A program made the translations under genes and the position numbers. Below the pieces are notes generated by a model. The model worked only from the letters and a program-made list of their open reading frames with translations, was not told where the DNA came from and did not search any database. Of a stretch of 64,000 bases of DNA, positions 9,657 to 20,062 are shown in pieces. Origin of the DNA: an uncultured Acidobacteriota bacterium (GTDB taxonomy: Bacteria > Acidobacteriota > Vicinamibacteria > Vicinamibacterales > UBA2999); the NCBI GenBank assembly GCA_963793705.1, contig CAWCBC010000013.1:14600-78599 (forward strand). The letters run 5' to 3'. Numbering within the stretch: position 1 is the stretch's first letter; the number at the start of each line of letters is the position of its first letter.

Positions 9657-10224
9657 ATGAAACGGTTGTGTGGACTGATCGCTGTCGCGGCGTTCGTTGC
9701 CGTTGGTTGTAACAAGCCTGCCGAAGCTCCGGCGCCAGCCGCGTTCGTGCCAACGCCGCACGGCTCGCTCAAACAGGTGATGCAGGCGATTCCGTTTGGG
9801 TCGTCAAACATCATCTTCGACGCGCAGAATGACGACCCGGGGCAAGCCGAAAGCGGCGGACGCCGGCGGCAACGCCACCGCGCAGTACTCCGGCACCTAC
9901 GGCGGCTGGATTGCGGTTGAAAACGCCGGCATCGCACTGCAGGAAACGGCCAACTTGATCATGCTCCCGGGCCGCAAGTGCGGCAACGGTCAGCCGGTGC
10001 CAAACGATCAGGAGGACTTCAAGAAGTGGGCAGCGGATCTGGCGACTGTCGGCGCCGAGGTCACGAAGTGGGGCCAAGCCAAGGCCTGGAGCCAAGAAGC
10101 AGCAGACGAACTGACCGGCAAGGTCTCTGACTCGTGCTCGAACTGCCACGACAAGTATCGCAACACGCCGAAAGAACCCGACGACCGCTGCATGGTCACT
10201 GCCGCCCCGGCAGCGGCGAAGTAA
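9657..10224 (+). CDS. Cytochrome c'-like (class II c-type cytochrome) lipoprotein; one frame correction at CCCGGGG 9836-9842
   Basis: MKRLCGLIAVAAFVAVGC lipobox. A single heme motif CSNCH lies near the C-terminus, as in class II cytochromes c. The N- and C-terminal parts sit in ORFs 9594..9920 and 9796..10224. Confidence 0.7.
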
Positions 10225-10236
10225 CGGACGGTTCGG

Positions 10237-10773
10237 TTGATCGATATCGCTCTAGGCGACTACTTCGCCCCGCTGCAAAACCTCGCGAACTACGTCGCGG
10301 AGCTCCCGACGAGCGTCCAGCTGCGCGAATCGCAGTACGTGATGCCCTGGGTGTTCGTGGCCCACGTCGTCAGCATGTGCATGTTCGCGGGGACGATTCT
10401 GATGATGGACCTGCGCCTGCTCGGCGTCGGTTACATGCAGACGCCGTTCTCACAGGTGCAGCGCCACCTCTTCCCCTGGCAGATGAGCACGATGTTCATC
10501 TCCTCGGCGACCGGACTGGCGCTGGTCTGGGGCAACCCGCTGAACTACGTCACCAACATCATCTTCTGGTTGAAGATGGTGGCCATGGTGATCGCCGCAA
10601 TCAACGCGCTCGCCTTCCACTTCATCACCGAATACACGGTGGTTGACTGGGACGCCGGGCGGACACCTCCGTCCGGCGCCAAGCTCGCCGGGTGGCTCAG
10701 CATCGTCCTCTGGGTGAATGTGATCCTCGCGGGCCGGCTGATGCCGTACGCGCTCACCTGGTTCCGGGACTAA
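10237..10773 (+). CDS. Integral membrane protein (about 4 TM), paralog of next gene
   Basis: Hydrophobic segments and the shared motif ILMMDLRLLGVG. Possibly a DUF-type CopD-like family, but I cannot name it with confidence. Confidence 0.65.
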   Translation: MIDIALGDYFAPLQNLANYVAELPTSVQLRESQYVMPWVFVAHVVSMCMFAGTILMMDLRLLGVGYMQTPFSQVQRHLFPWQMSTMFISSATGLALVWGNPLNYVTNIIFWLKMVAMVIAAINALAFHFITEYTVVDWDAGRTPPSGAKLAGWLSIVLWVNVILAGRLMPYALTWFRD

Positions 10774-10777
10774 GCGC

Positions 10778-11260
10778 ATGTTCGAATACGAGACTTTCGC
10801 GCAGATCGCCAACTGGTCCGTGAGCCGCACGATCAACGAATCGTCGTGGATCTTCCCGCTCGTCCAGGCCTTTCATCTCGTCGCGCTCGGCTTCCTGTCC
10901 GGGTCGCTGCTGATGGTCGACCTGCGCCTGCTCGGCAAGGGCTTCTCGCAGCAGCCACTCGCCCGCGTCGCCCGCGATGCGCGTCCGTGGCTGCTCGGCA
11001 GCCTGGTCGCCATGGTCCTGACCGGCATTCCGCAGTTCATGTCGCTCGCCACCAAGGAATACGAGAGCCCGTACTTCCGCTGGAAGATGGGGTTCCTGCT
11101 CACGGCCCTCATCTTCACCTTTACCGTGCGGCGGCTCGTCGCCTACTCTCCTGAAGGGCGCTTCGGCGGTGCCGTCAGCAAAGTCGTGGGCCTGGTGTCG
11201 ATCGGGCTCTGGACGAGCGTAGCCATCAACGGCCGGCTGATCGGATTCTTCTATGAATCG
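10778..11260 (+). CDS. Integral membrane protein, paralog of 10237..10773; 3' end uncertain
   Basis: SLLMVDLRLLGKG and INGRLIGFFY mirror the upstream gene. The printed ORF continues to 11488 in Arg/His-rich text that looks non-coding, so the true end is assumed to be near 11260. Confidence 0.55.
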
Positions 11261-11471
11261 CACCGCCATCATCGCGGCGGCGATCGTCAGCTTCGGCATT
11301 GGGATCGCGATCTTCATCGCCGGCCAGAACCTGATCCTGCCGCTGCCCGTCATGCAACAGCGCGCGGGCGGCATGCCCTGGTACATCACCTGGGCCATGG
11401 TCTGGATTACCGTGCTCTGCGCGGTGGCCCTCGGCGGATTCCTGATTGCGGCGACGACGCGCAGGAAGTAA
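11253..11471 (+). CDS. Small two-TM membrane protein
   Basis: 72-aa ORF MNRTAIIAAAIVSFGIGIAIFIAG...WAMVWITVLCAVALGGFLIAATTRRK with clearly hydrophobic helices. Its start overlaps the end of the preceding gene. Confidence 0.5.
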   Translation: MNRTAIIAAAIVSFGIGIAIFIAGQNLILPLPVMQQRAGGMPWYITWAMVWITVLCAVALGGFLIAATTRRK

Positions 11472-11607
11472 TCATTGGTGACTGGTGATCTGTGATTGGT
11501 GAGTCGTTGGTGATTGGTGAGTGCTGAAGGGTGATTGGAAATCACTAATCACCAATCGCCAATCATCAATCGCCAACCATTCACTAATCACCAATCACAA
11601 TTCGCCA
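11472..11607. repeat. Quasi-palindromic simple-repeat leader (GTGATTGGTGA units, then TCACCAATCA units) ending 9 nt before the MATE start codon
   Basis: tgtgattggtga 11491-11502 is the exact reverse complement of tcaccaatcaca 11588-11599. 11511-11520 can pair with the same right arm. A local hairpin forms between 11530-11536 and 11547-11553. Confidence 0.8.
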
Positions 11608-12981
11608 ATGAACGACCTCACCACCGGCTCCCTGTCGCGCCATCTGCTGCAGACCACCAGCTACATGCTGGTGACGATGCTGTTCCAGACGCTGTATGTG
11701 CTGGTGGATCTCTACTGGGTGGGACGGCTCGGAACCGAAGCCGTCGCCGCCGTCGGCATCAGCGGCAATCTGCTTTTCATCGTGCTGGCCGCGACCCAGA
11801 TGCTGGGCGTCGGCACGACCACGCTCGTGGCGCACGCCGTCGGGCGGCGCGATCAGGCACGGGCAAACCTGATCTTCAACCAGGCGCAGTCGCTGTCCGC
11901 AGTGGTCGGCATCGTCTTCCTCGCGCTGGCGATGGCCACCAGACGGACGTACGCGGAGGCGCTCGGCGCCGACGCGCTCACACGCGACCTCACCGGACAG
12001 GACCCGCTGTGGTTCATCCCGTCACAGGCACTGAGCTTCCTGCTCGTCGCCATGGGCGCAGCCCTCCGCGGCACCGGGAATTTCCGGCCGGGCATGATCG
12101 TGCAGACCGCCACCGTCATCATCAACATCGTGCTGGCGCCGGTGCTGATCTTCGGCTGGGGCACGGGCCGGCCGCTTGGTGTGGCGGGCGCCGCGATCGC
12201 AACGTTCGTGGCCATTCTGATCGGCGTGGCCTGGATGACGCTGTACTTCCTGCCCGACAGCGCCTACCTGAGATTCCACCGCTACGACTGGCGGCCCCGG
12301 CTCGATCTCTGGTCAGGCATGCTGAAGATTGGCCTGCCCGCGGGCGCAGAGTTCGCGATGATGGCGGTGTACCTCGTGCTCGTGTATTCGGTGTCGAGGC
12401 CGTTCGGCGCCTCCGCACAGGCCGGATTCGGGATCGGCCTCCGTATCGTCCAGGCCTGCTTCCTTCCGGTCGTCGCGCTCGGGTTCGCCGTCAGTCCCGT
12501 CGCTGGACAGAACTTCGGCGCGCGGCAGGCTGCACGCGTGCGGGAGACGTTCCGCACCGCAGCGGGACTGGCCGCCACCGCCATGCTCGTGCTCGCGATC
12601 CTGGTGTGGGTCGCCGCCGATCGGATGATGCAGGTCTTCTCATCCGATCCGGCGGTGATCGCCGTGGGGGAAGAGGACCTGCACGTCATCGCCTGGAACT
12701 TCGTCGGCTCGGGCGTTATCTTCGTCACCTCGAGCATGTTCCAGGCAATGGGCAATACGATTCCGTCTCTGATTACCTCGGCGTTCCGGATTGTGCTCAT
12801 TGCGATCCCGATCCTGCTCCTGGCAAACGCCCCGGGCTTCACGCTGCTGTGGATCTGGTACATCTCGGTCGGCGGCATATTCATTCAGCTGGTGATGAAC
12901 CTGCTGCTGCTCCGCCGTGAGTTCCGCGTGCGACTGGCTTTTGAAAGGCGATCAGGCACCAGGCCACAGGGATCAAGCTGA
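11608..12981 (+). CDS. MATE-family multidrug/toxin efflux transporter
   Basis: Start moved to MNDLTTGSLSRHLLQTTSYMLVTMLFQTLYVLVDLYWVGRLG (ATG 11608). About 12 TM segments with typical MATE N-terminal wording. Confidence 0.85.
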   Translation: MNDLTTGSLSRHLLQTTSYMLVTMLFQTLYVLVDLYWVGRLGTEAVAAVGISGNLLFIVLAATQMLGVGTTTLVAHAVGRRDQARANLIFNQAQSLSAVVGIVFLALAMATRRTYAEALGADALTRDLTGQDPLWFIPSQALSFLLVAMGAALRGTGNFRPGMIVQTATVIINIVLAPVLIFGWGTGRPLGVAGAAIATFVAILIGVAWMTLYFLPDSAYLRFHRYDWRPRLDLWSGMLKIGLPAGAEFAMMAVYLVLVYSVSRPFGASAQAGFGIGLRIVQACFLPVVALGFAVSPVAGQNFGARQAARVRETFRTAAGLAATAMLVLAILVWVAADRMMQVFSSDPAVIAVGEEDLHVIAWNFVGSGVIFVTSSMFQAMGNTIPSLITSAFRIVLIAIPILLLANAPGFTLLWIWYISVGGIFIQLVMNLLLLRREFRVRLAFERRSGTRPQGSS

Positions 12982-13000
12982 GGCTGAGCCGGCCCTTAGC

Positions 13001-13017
13001 TGAGGCCTGAGGCCTCA
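13001..13017. terminator. Hairpin TGAGGCC-TGA-GGCCTCA just after the MATE stop
   Basis: 7-bp GC stem 20 nt after stop 12979-12981. No clear U-tract. Confidence 0.35.
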
Positions 13018-13072
13018 GGCCTCTCAACGGCACCTCTATTGCCTTCCTTAATCTCCAGGGGGCATACGAACC

Positions 13073-13315
13073 ATGGGGTCGGAACGCCGGAACATCAAGG
13101 GTCGCGCGGCTGTGGTACAGCGGGTCATCAACGGAGTCGTGCAGAATCCGAGCGTGACGCTGACGGTCAACACGCTGCAGCAGTGGCTCGGAGTCCCCCT
13201 GGATGCAGCTGAGCGGATCCTCGGCCGGCTCTCCTCTTCCGGACTCGTCCGTGAAGTGCAAACAGGTGTCTGGGCCCGTGGCAGCTGGCCTGGCGCCGAG
13301 CGCGAATGGTATTAA
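13073..13315 (+). CDS. Small hypothetical protein (possible winged-helix-like)
   Basis: 80-aa ORF with balanced composition (VINGVVQNPSVTLTVNTLQQWLGVPLDAAERILGRLSSSGLVREV). No family recognised. Confidence 0.35.
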   Translation: MGSERRNIKGRAAVVQRVINGVVQNPSVTLTVNTLQQWLGVPLDAAERILGRLSSSGLVREVQTGVWARGSWPGAEREWY

Positions 13316-13322
13316 TGAGTAG

Positions 13323-13643
13323 TTGACCCTCTCTGACCGACCCACCAAAGCCTGGCTCTTCGTGCGCGGCACCGAATCGGTGCGCATCGTGATCGAGGGG
13401 ACATCGATGGGCGTGTACGGTCCGGGCAGCCGCTTCAGTCACTCGCGATTCGGCGAAGCGATGGACGCGACGCTGCATCAGGCTACGGTCGAACAGTCGC
13501 TGGTTCGGGACGGCTGGACGCTCGAGCACTTCACTGCCGAGCGCCGATCGAGCGCCGAGCGCCGCCGTGAACGCCGAGCGACGACATCCTCCGCTGCGCC
13601 TCGTGCACCCGCGGCGTTAGCTTTCAACCAGACATTTCTTTGA
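13323..13643 (+). CDS. Small hypothetical protein
   Basis: 106-aa ORF starting at a non-ATG codon, immediately after 13073..13315. The first 70 residues look protein-like and the tail is Arg/Ala-rich. Confidence 0.3.
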   Translation: MTLSDRPTKAWLFVRGTESVRIVIEGTSMGVYGPGSRFSHSRFGEAMDATLHQATVEQSLVRDGWTLEHFTAERRSSAERRRERRATTSSAAPRAPAALAFNQTFL

Positions 13644-13910
13644 CACGCCTCCTCTTCGTGTGGCCTGCGTGGCCAAATGGGAGTTGACTCCATCCGTAAT
13701 TCGTGGACAATTCTGAACATCGCGTTTTTAGCTTGTCTCGCCGTCGCTTTAGCGGAGGCGGACTCGCTCTCATCTCAACTCGCACACACGACGATTGAAC
13801 GACCCGGCCTGAGCGATATCGAAGGGCCTGCGGTTCGCGCATGCGCACCGACCGTCTGAAATGTGTATCTGTCAGCTCCGTGTTGCGACATAGGTGATTG
13901 ATCGAAGCTT

Positions 13911-15862
13911 GTGATTCAACCCCAGAGCTCGCGAGCAGCAGCGCCGGCGTCTGACGGCGTGGCCAGCTGGTACACACCTGGCGTCGTTGATGGTTTCGGC
14001 GATCGGTTGTTGATGTTCGACAACACCGAAACCGACTCGCTGGAACTGCTTCGCTTCTACCCCTCGCTCACCGCGATCGACGGCTTCGAAGACGCCCTGC
14101 ACGAGCGCGTCCGGCAGGTCGGGCGGATCCCCGACGATGCGTTTCCCTTGATAGTCGCCGTGGAACGTCTCGAAGGCGACGGCGCGCTGGCGCTCGTCTC
14201 CACCCACACGCCCGGCAAACGGCTGTCGGCCTTCTTCGACAAACCGGGTCCGCGTCGGGGCCTCAATCCGGCGTTCGTCACGGGCATCGTCAGGCAGGTG
14301 ATCCAGGCGCTGGCGATGCTGCAGTCGAAGGGCGACGGCCTCACCCACAGCGCGATCACGTCCGACCGCATCGTCGTCACACCCGGTGGCCGCATCTGCG
14401 TCGTCGAGCACGTGTTGGGCCTGGCCCTTCGTCGCCTCAATCTATCGGCATCGCAGCTATGGCGTGAATTCGGGCTCGTCTCCGCGCCCACGCCGACCGG
14501 TGCGATCAAACTCGACGCCAGAACCGACGTCTTTCAGCTCGGCGTGCTGACGCTGGAGCTGCTGCTCGGCCGCCGACTGACCCTGCTGGATCTCAAGGAT
14601 CGCCTGCCTGACCTGCTCGATCAGTGGAGCGACGCTGCGACGCGAGCCGGAATGGCGAGCGACCGGCTGCGTGTCTGGATCGAGCGGGCACTGCAGCTCA
14701 GTGACCCTGCTTACGGAACCGCTGCCGACGCGTATGCGGACCTGCGCGACCTGCCCTCGGAATCGCCGGCGTCTGCGTTCGACTCGCTGCCGACAGGAGA
14801 CAACGCACTCGTCACACGTTCACTTCAACCCGCGAAACAGGCGGCTGGACAGGATTCCCCCATGGCCAATGCCCCTGCGCCCGACGATGTCCCGATCAGC
14901 ACGCCGCCGCCGACACGGCCAGCCCTGATGCCGACCGAACCACTCTGGACGGACTTTGCACCCGAAGTGAAGTCTGTGGCTGCCGTACCAAGACTCCGAG
15001 AGCCGGTTCCGGTCGAACCGACGCCAGCCCCGAGGATGCCGCCGGCACCGAGCCTGCCGGCCGCGTCGACGGCCGCCGTTCCGGCCGTGCCGAAGGCTCC
15101 GGTACCGGCCGTGTCGAAAGCCGCGGTACCTGCCGCGGCCGCAGCGAAGGCCGCCACGCTACGCCGAACACTCTTCAAGGCGCCGCGAGTCTCGCCCTGG
15201 ATTGCCGCGGCGCTGGGCGTCGTGGTGCTCGTCGAAGCCGGCTTCATCGCGGCGTTACTGATGCGTCAACCCCCGGATGTCGCTGCGGGCAGCGCGGGCC
15301 CTGGCGGCACCGGTTCATCATCGATCTCGGCCGATGCGACGCGCTTATCGACCGCGCCCGTCGTTCCGGCTGCTCTCGTCGTCGAGCCGCAACCGACACC
15401 GCCGCCCAAGCCTGGCGCCGACCCGATCACAGCCGCAGCCGGCAACCAGCGCTCGGGCGGCGTGAGGCTCGTCACGCCGATTGAGCTCAAGGTACTGCAG
15501 GGAGACAAGGTGCTCGGCTCCACGACGGACGGACCGATCATCGCTCCGGCTGGAACCCATCAACTGGATTTGAGCAACACCGCCCTCGGCTTCCGAACGC
15601 GCATGGCCGTGACATTCCGCTCCGGTCAAATAACGAGCGTGAACGTGACGGTTCCATCGGGCAAGGTCAGCCTGAACGCGCAGCCGTGGGGCGAGGCGTT
15701 CATCGACGGCCGATCGGTCGGAGAAACGCCGCTCGCGAATCTGAGCGTTCCGCTGGGTGAGCATGAGGTCGTATTCCGCCACCGAGTCTGGGAGAGCGTC
15801 GCCAAACGATCACCGTGCGCGCGGATGCCCCGACGCGGGTCAGCGCCACGTTCGATAAGTAA
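13911..15862 (+). CDS. Membrane protein: N-terminal degenerate protein-kinase-like domain, Pro/Ala linker, one TM, C-terminal PEGA-like domain; frame correction at 15782-15783
   Basis: Kinase-like wording without the catalytic HRD motif (GLTHSAITSDRIVV instead of HRDxKxxN). TM segment WIAAALGVVVLVEAGFIAALL. Adding one C at 15782-15783 restores the tail VFRH-PSLGERRQTITVRADAPTRVSATFDK with stop at 15860-15862. Confidence 0.65.
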
Positions 15863-15877
15863 GTAAGACCGTTCGGG

Positions 15878-17240
15878 TTAGGGGTTCAGAGGTTCAGCGC
15901 TAGCTTCGGGCGCCGGCTGAGACTGCGTTACGGCACTGCGGAGGACCGGCGTGCCTGAGGGAGCGTCCCCGCCGTCCGCGGGTTCCTGCGTCACCATCAT
16001 GCCGACGACACGCGGTACGGTCGGCACCGGCTGGACCAGCGTGACCGTTCCATCCGGCTCGACCGTCAGCGGTCCCATCTTGACTGGCGCGAACCGCGTC
16101 AGCATCCAGCCAACGTAGGACGCATTCTCCGGTAGTGCTGGAAGGCCCGAGCCATTGATGACGAGACCGCGGGAGCGGCTGAAGAGCGCCTGACCCGAGG
16201 CGCCATCGGGGCCGGCGAGGTTGAAACGGATCAGGTCGGGCGCGGTCATCACGTTCCCTTATCCGTTGCACTCGACCCGCCATCTCGCGGGCGTCTGCCT
16301 TCTGCTTCTCGGCCTCCGCACGCGCCTCTTCGGCCTGACGGAATCCGTCGCTCACAGCGAGGTCGGATTTCTTCTCGGCGATGGCCGCGCGATCGGTTGC
16401 AGCCTTGATTTGCCCCTGCAGGCGCCACCCGAACACGGCAGCAATAACCACCGCCAGACCGAGCAACGCGACTGCGGCGATCCATTTCGCCGGAAGGCCG
16501 CCGGGTAGCATGCCGCCCATTGGGCTGGCCGCCTATCGGGACGCGCTCCGTGTCCCGACGAGTGGCGGAATCCACAACGGCGGCCGCCGGAAGCTCGCGC
16601 GGGCCGGCTACCGAGTCATGGTCGATGGTGTGCGGGAACTGCTCTGGGGCCCGTGTCCCGTCGCGCAGCTGCCCATGCAGCCGCGTAACCTCGTCCAGCG
16701 ACCACTGGGAAGACGCGTCGCGTGCCCCCGTTTGACGATCGATCCGCGTTTTCATCTCCGCCAGCGCGGTCGTCAGCTCGCGCGTCAGCTCGGTGAGGCG
16801 GATATGCACTTCGGTTTCGAAGGCGGCGAATCGTGCCTCGGCGCGCTCCACGCCCTCCTGCGAGGCGTTGGCCATGGCCAGCGACACGTGCGTCAGGCTT
16901 TCCGCCTGCTCCCGGAGCTCGCGAATCGGCTCCTCCTGCATCTTCTTGAGCGTGTCCCACTCGCGCTCGATCGTGGATTCCAGCTCCTGCAGCCGATCGG
17001 CGGTCTCCTGCCGGACGCGGGTACTGGAGTCCTTCCACTCGCTGGCGTAGGCCTCAAGCTGTGAGACCGCGGTGGTATGACGCTCGACGGTCGCGGCCCA
17101 GCGCTTCAGGTATTCGGCGTACGATCGGCCATCGCCGCGAGCCGCTGCTCGATCGGCGGAACGCTGCTGGTTGGGCCTGGCGCGATAGATGTTCGACCTG
17201 CGATTGAGGTTGGAGAGCCGCCGCTCGAGTTCAGGAGTTC
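15878..17240 (-). CDS. Coiled-coil membrane protein with RskA-like (anti-sigma-K C-terminal) extracytoplasmic domain; at least 3 frame corrections; start not found
   Basis: The pieces join as ELERRLSNLNRR...YAEYLKRWAATVERH...EWDTLKKMQEEPIRELREQAESL (16249..16941 and upstream), then TM WIAAVALLGLAVVIAAVF (15900..16520), then MTAPDLIRFNLAGPDG...ASYVGWMLTRFAPVKMGPLTVEPDGTV (15878..16252). Confidence 0.5.
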
Positions 17241-17899
17241 CAGCACGAGTGCCTGTCGCGCACTAGACACAAAAGCGCGCGCGTCGCAGTGCGCCAAACG
17301 ACCATTTCTCTGCGTCGCGGGCGCTGTCACGTCAGGATCTCCCCACCGCGAGAGCACGACTGATCCACACACGTGCGAGGTGCAACAATGATCGCCGTGC
17401 GCTGCAGTTCTCGACTCGCAGCCATCGCTTCCTGGCCGTGAGCACTACGGCTCTGCGAGCGACGAAACACTCTCCCGCGCCGAAGACCTTTACCGGTCAG
17501 CCGCCGACGACGAGGCCCTGACGGTGCTGGACCATCGCCAATGAGTCGTCGGGCGCTGCCCGGGTCGAGGTAGACGATGCCGCCTCTTCTGTCTCATTGC
17601 TCTCGACCGAAAGCCGACGCCCGGGCCGCCATCGAATCGTCGGCGAATGCCGACCCGTTCCATCAGCTTTCGCCCGACCAGGCACCGCGCGCGTCCGCAC
17701 GATGTTCAAAGACATCCGCGAGGCCGCCGCCGGGGCTGGTCCAGCGCGAATATGCGTCGGAAAGGCCGCTTCGACCGGCAGGAGCCCGAATCGGCCCGCA
17801 AGTTCTACAGCGCGCCCCAGCTAATCCAGCACCCGCTCGTGACGCAGACGCCGGCGCTGACGACTGCCACGGACGCGTCTGCATTTTGCGATTTGAGCA

Positions 17900-18330
17900 A
17901 GGCGCGGGTGCCGAAGACGGAACCGGCTCCAGCCCCTCAAATCGTCGCCCGATTCCGGCGGCTCCGGCGATTCCCACTCCACCGGCGGAAGGCGCCAGCG
18001 CGGCAGCCAACGCCCCGGCGGTGTCAATCCGCTCCGGTCCCCCTTACAGGGAGGGGGACCCGGACGTCGTCCGCCGGTCGCGCCGAATCAGACGCTCCCA
18101 CAGTGGATGGTGCCGCAGGGGACCCGTCCGGCCGCGTGGAGCCGGAGGCCGCGGTCGAAGTGACGATGACGAATCGGGATCCGTGGTGAGCGCCGTGCTC
18201 GGGAAGGGTTCGATCCGAGCTACGACCGACAACATCAAGGCCGCGCTCAACTGGAAGTACGAGCCGCGCGCAAGGCAGTGACGCCGGTCCGCTTCGTAAA
18301 GCTCATTGCCATCCGCTCGGGAGTGCACTG
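17900..18330 (+). pseudogene. TonB-C-like fragment, multiply frameshifted; 5' boundary unresolved
   Basis: Pro-rich stretch IPAAPAIPTPP. EAAVEVTMT / ESGSVVSAVLGKGS...IKAALNWKYEP / PVRFVKLIAI are spread over three frames. The W-K-Y-E-P wording recalls TonB C-terminal domains. Confidence 0.35.
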
Positions 18331-18572
18331 TAAGGGTCGAGGCCTTCGCGGTAGAGAAACCGACCGGCAAGCGGGGAGAAGCGGGCCGGTCCGCCGAAAT
18401 CACTTCCGTCGAGCCCGCTCCGTTCTTCATTCCGCCTCGAGTCCCGATGTCGAGCGAACTGTCGACTGATTTATCCGTGCTGCTCCAGCATCCTCGAGGC
18501 AGCGATGACCTCGGACACGCCAGCGCCGCGGCCGGACAGGCGGTCAGAGTGACGGCTGCGGGTCACCTCCTA

Positions 18573-18600
18573 ATTTCCAATTTCCTATTTCCAACAGCCG
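18573..18600. repeat. Heptamer simple repeat AATTTCC x3
   Basis: taatttcc aatttcc tatttcc aacagcc read directly. On the minus strand it ends in AGGAGG. Confidence 0.7.
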
Positions 18601-19040
18601 CTTCCTCGAAGTCCTACGCCCGGGAGGAACTGGTCGTCGAAGCGACACCAGGCCGATCGCGCCGCGAAGCGTCGCACCGCGAGGCGGCAGCCTTCGACGA
18701 GGTCGCCCGCTCGCTGGCGGCGGCTGAGGCGTGCGCGCCGTCCTCGCGCAATCAACTGGTTTGCCGCGGCTTGCGGCGTCGACGTCGTCGGGGCTGAAAC
18801 GCGCGCGCGGGAGGGCTGCTCGAGCTGCTCCGGTTCCGCGCGCATCGTCATCCATCGTCGCCGCAACCGCCGAGTCAGGGAGCGTCCGCGGGCAGCGTGT
18901 CGCGCGGACGCCTGGGTAATCGGAACGGCGGGGCTGACAAATATCGCGCTGACGACGCGGTCGGGCGTGGCGGATGTGACCTGCGCCGTTAGATGAAACG
19001 CTGTCTGGCCAAGCACTCGTATCACTATGTTGGTGCTCAC
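18585..19040 (-). CDS. Hypothetical protein (only the first 50 codons look convincing)
   Basis: GGAGGA lies 8 nt upstream of a GTG start at 19040. MSTNIVIRVLGQTAFHLTAQVTSATPDRVVSAIFVSPAVPITQ is protein-like; the remainder is Arg-rich and may be out of frame. Confidence 0.3.
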   Translation of the reverse strand: MSTNIVIRVLGQTAFHLTAQVTSATPDRVVSAIFVSPAVPITQASARHAARGRSLTRRLRRRWMTMRAEPEQLEQPSRARVSAPTTSTPQAAANQLIARGRRARLSRRQRAGDLVEGCRLAVRRFAARSAWCRFDDQFLPGVGLRGSGCWK

Positions 19041-20062
19041 CTTTGTAGTCCTCCGACGGTGTTCAGAACGGCGCCAGTAATGCTCTATGTTTATTGAACG
19101 ATGCCGGCCAGATTTGATCTGGCGGGTCAGTGATAATGACGTCTCTGCGCGAGCGTCATGGACGACGCGGGCCGCCTCTGATCAATCGTATGCTCGACGC
19201 CAGCCAGGCCGTGGCCGATGATTGCCCTCAATGTGGTACGGCTTGTCTTGCTGGCGAATGGGCACGGCGGCTTCCGCCGTTGCCTCTGGTGAGCACTCGA
19301 CGAATCTGACCATCGTAAGCTGCCCACGCTGCAGCCGCAGGATTCAGGCATCCAACTTCCCCACGGACGATCCCGGGTCCGCGCGCGGGGTGTCTGGAAA
19401 CTTCAGCACTCTATGATCCCTATTGCACGATTCCAAACGCGACGACGCGCACGTCGTCACCAGCGCTGCATCCTCCGCATCGCGTAGTCGCCTGATCGTT
19501 GAAGCGATGCTAGCGCCAGGCCGACTTCAAATCGATGGGGAGCGCTGCTGCTGGGTTGGGACGCTCGGACATTCTTGTGGAAGCGCTGCTCAGCAGCCTG
19601 CCTCGGCGATCGAGCAACCGGCGCAGTCGCGGCCGCGTCCGACGTTCCGTATCGGTTCACGAAGCTGAACTGGTTCCGTCGGAACCGCGGATCGACGTTC
19701 CGCTCGAACGGCAGCGCTGGTGACGGAGCCCCGTCCCGCAGCAGGACCACGTCTCTCGTCGCTGGAGCCGTTCAACGATGCAACGCGGGGTTTCTCCATG
19801 TTCGCCTACTCAGTCGCTATTTCTTATCTGGGACTCGAGCGCACCGAGGGCGAATGAAAATCGGATCGGGCGTGGAGGTCGGATCAGAAACCGAAGGACG
19901 CGTTTCGAGTGAAACTTGGTCACTACTTACACTGGCTGCGCGCGCGGACGGCAACGTCATGCCGGCTCACTCTCCGACTGCGATGCGCCGCAAGCCATTG
20001 CAGACAAACGCTCTCGGGGGTCGATGAAGAACGTACAAGGCAAGACGCAGACGTGCGCGTCA

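Noticed and set aside
9475-9753. N-terminal 93-codon extension of the OmpA-family ORF
   Set aside because: The extension is Arg/Ser/Cys-rich. An internal Met at 9474 gives a clean signal peptide (MFQRVATVFLLTAVVAAARPVLASAQ).
18330-20060. Prophage or genomic-island remnant
   Set aside because: I could recognise no integrase, transposase, tRNA target, direct repeats or phage-like genes. It is kept only as a low-confidence observation of decay.
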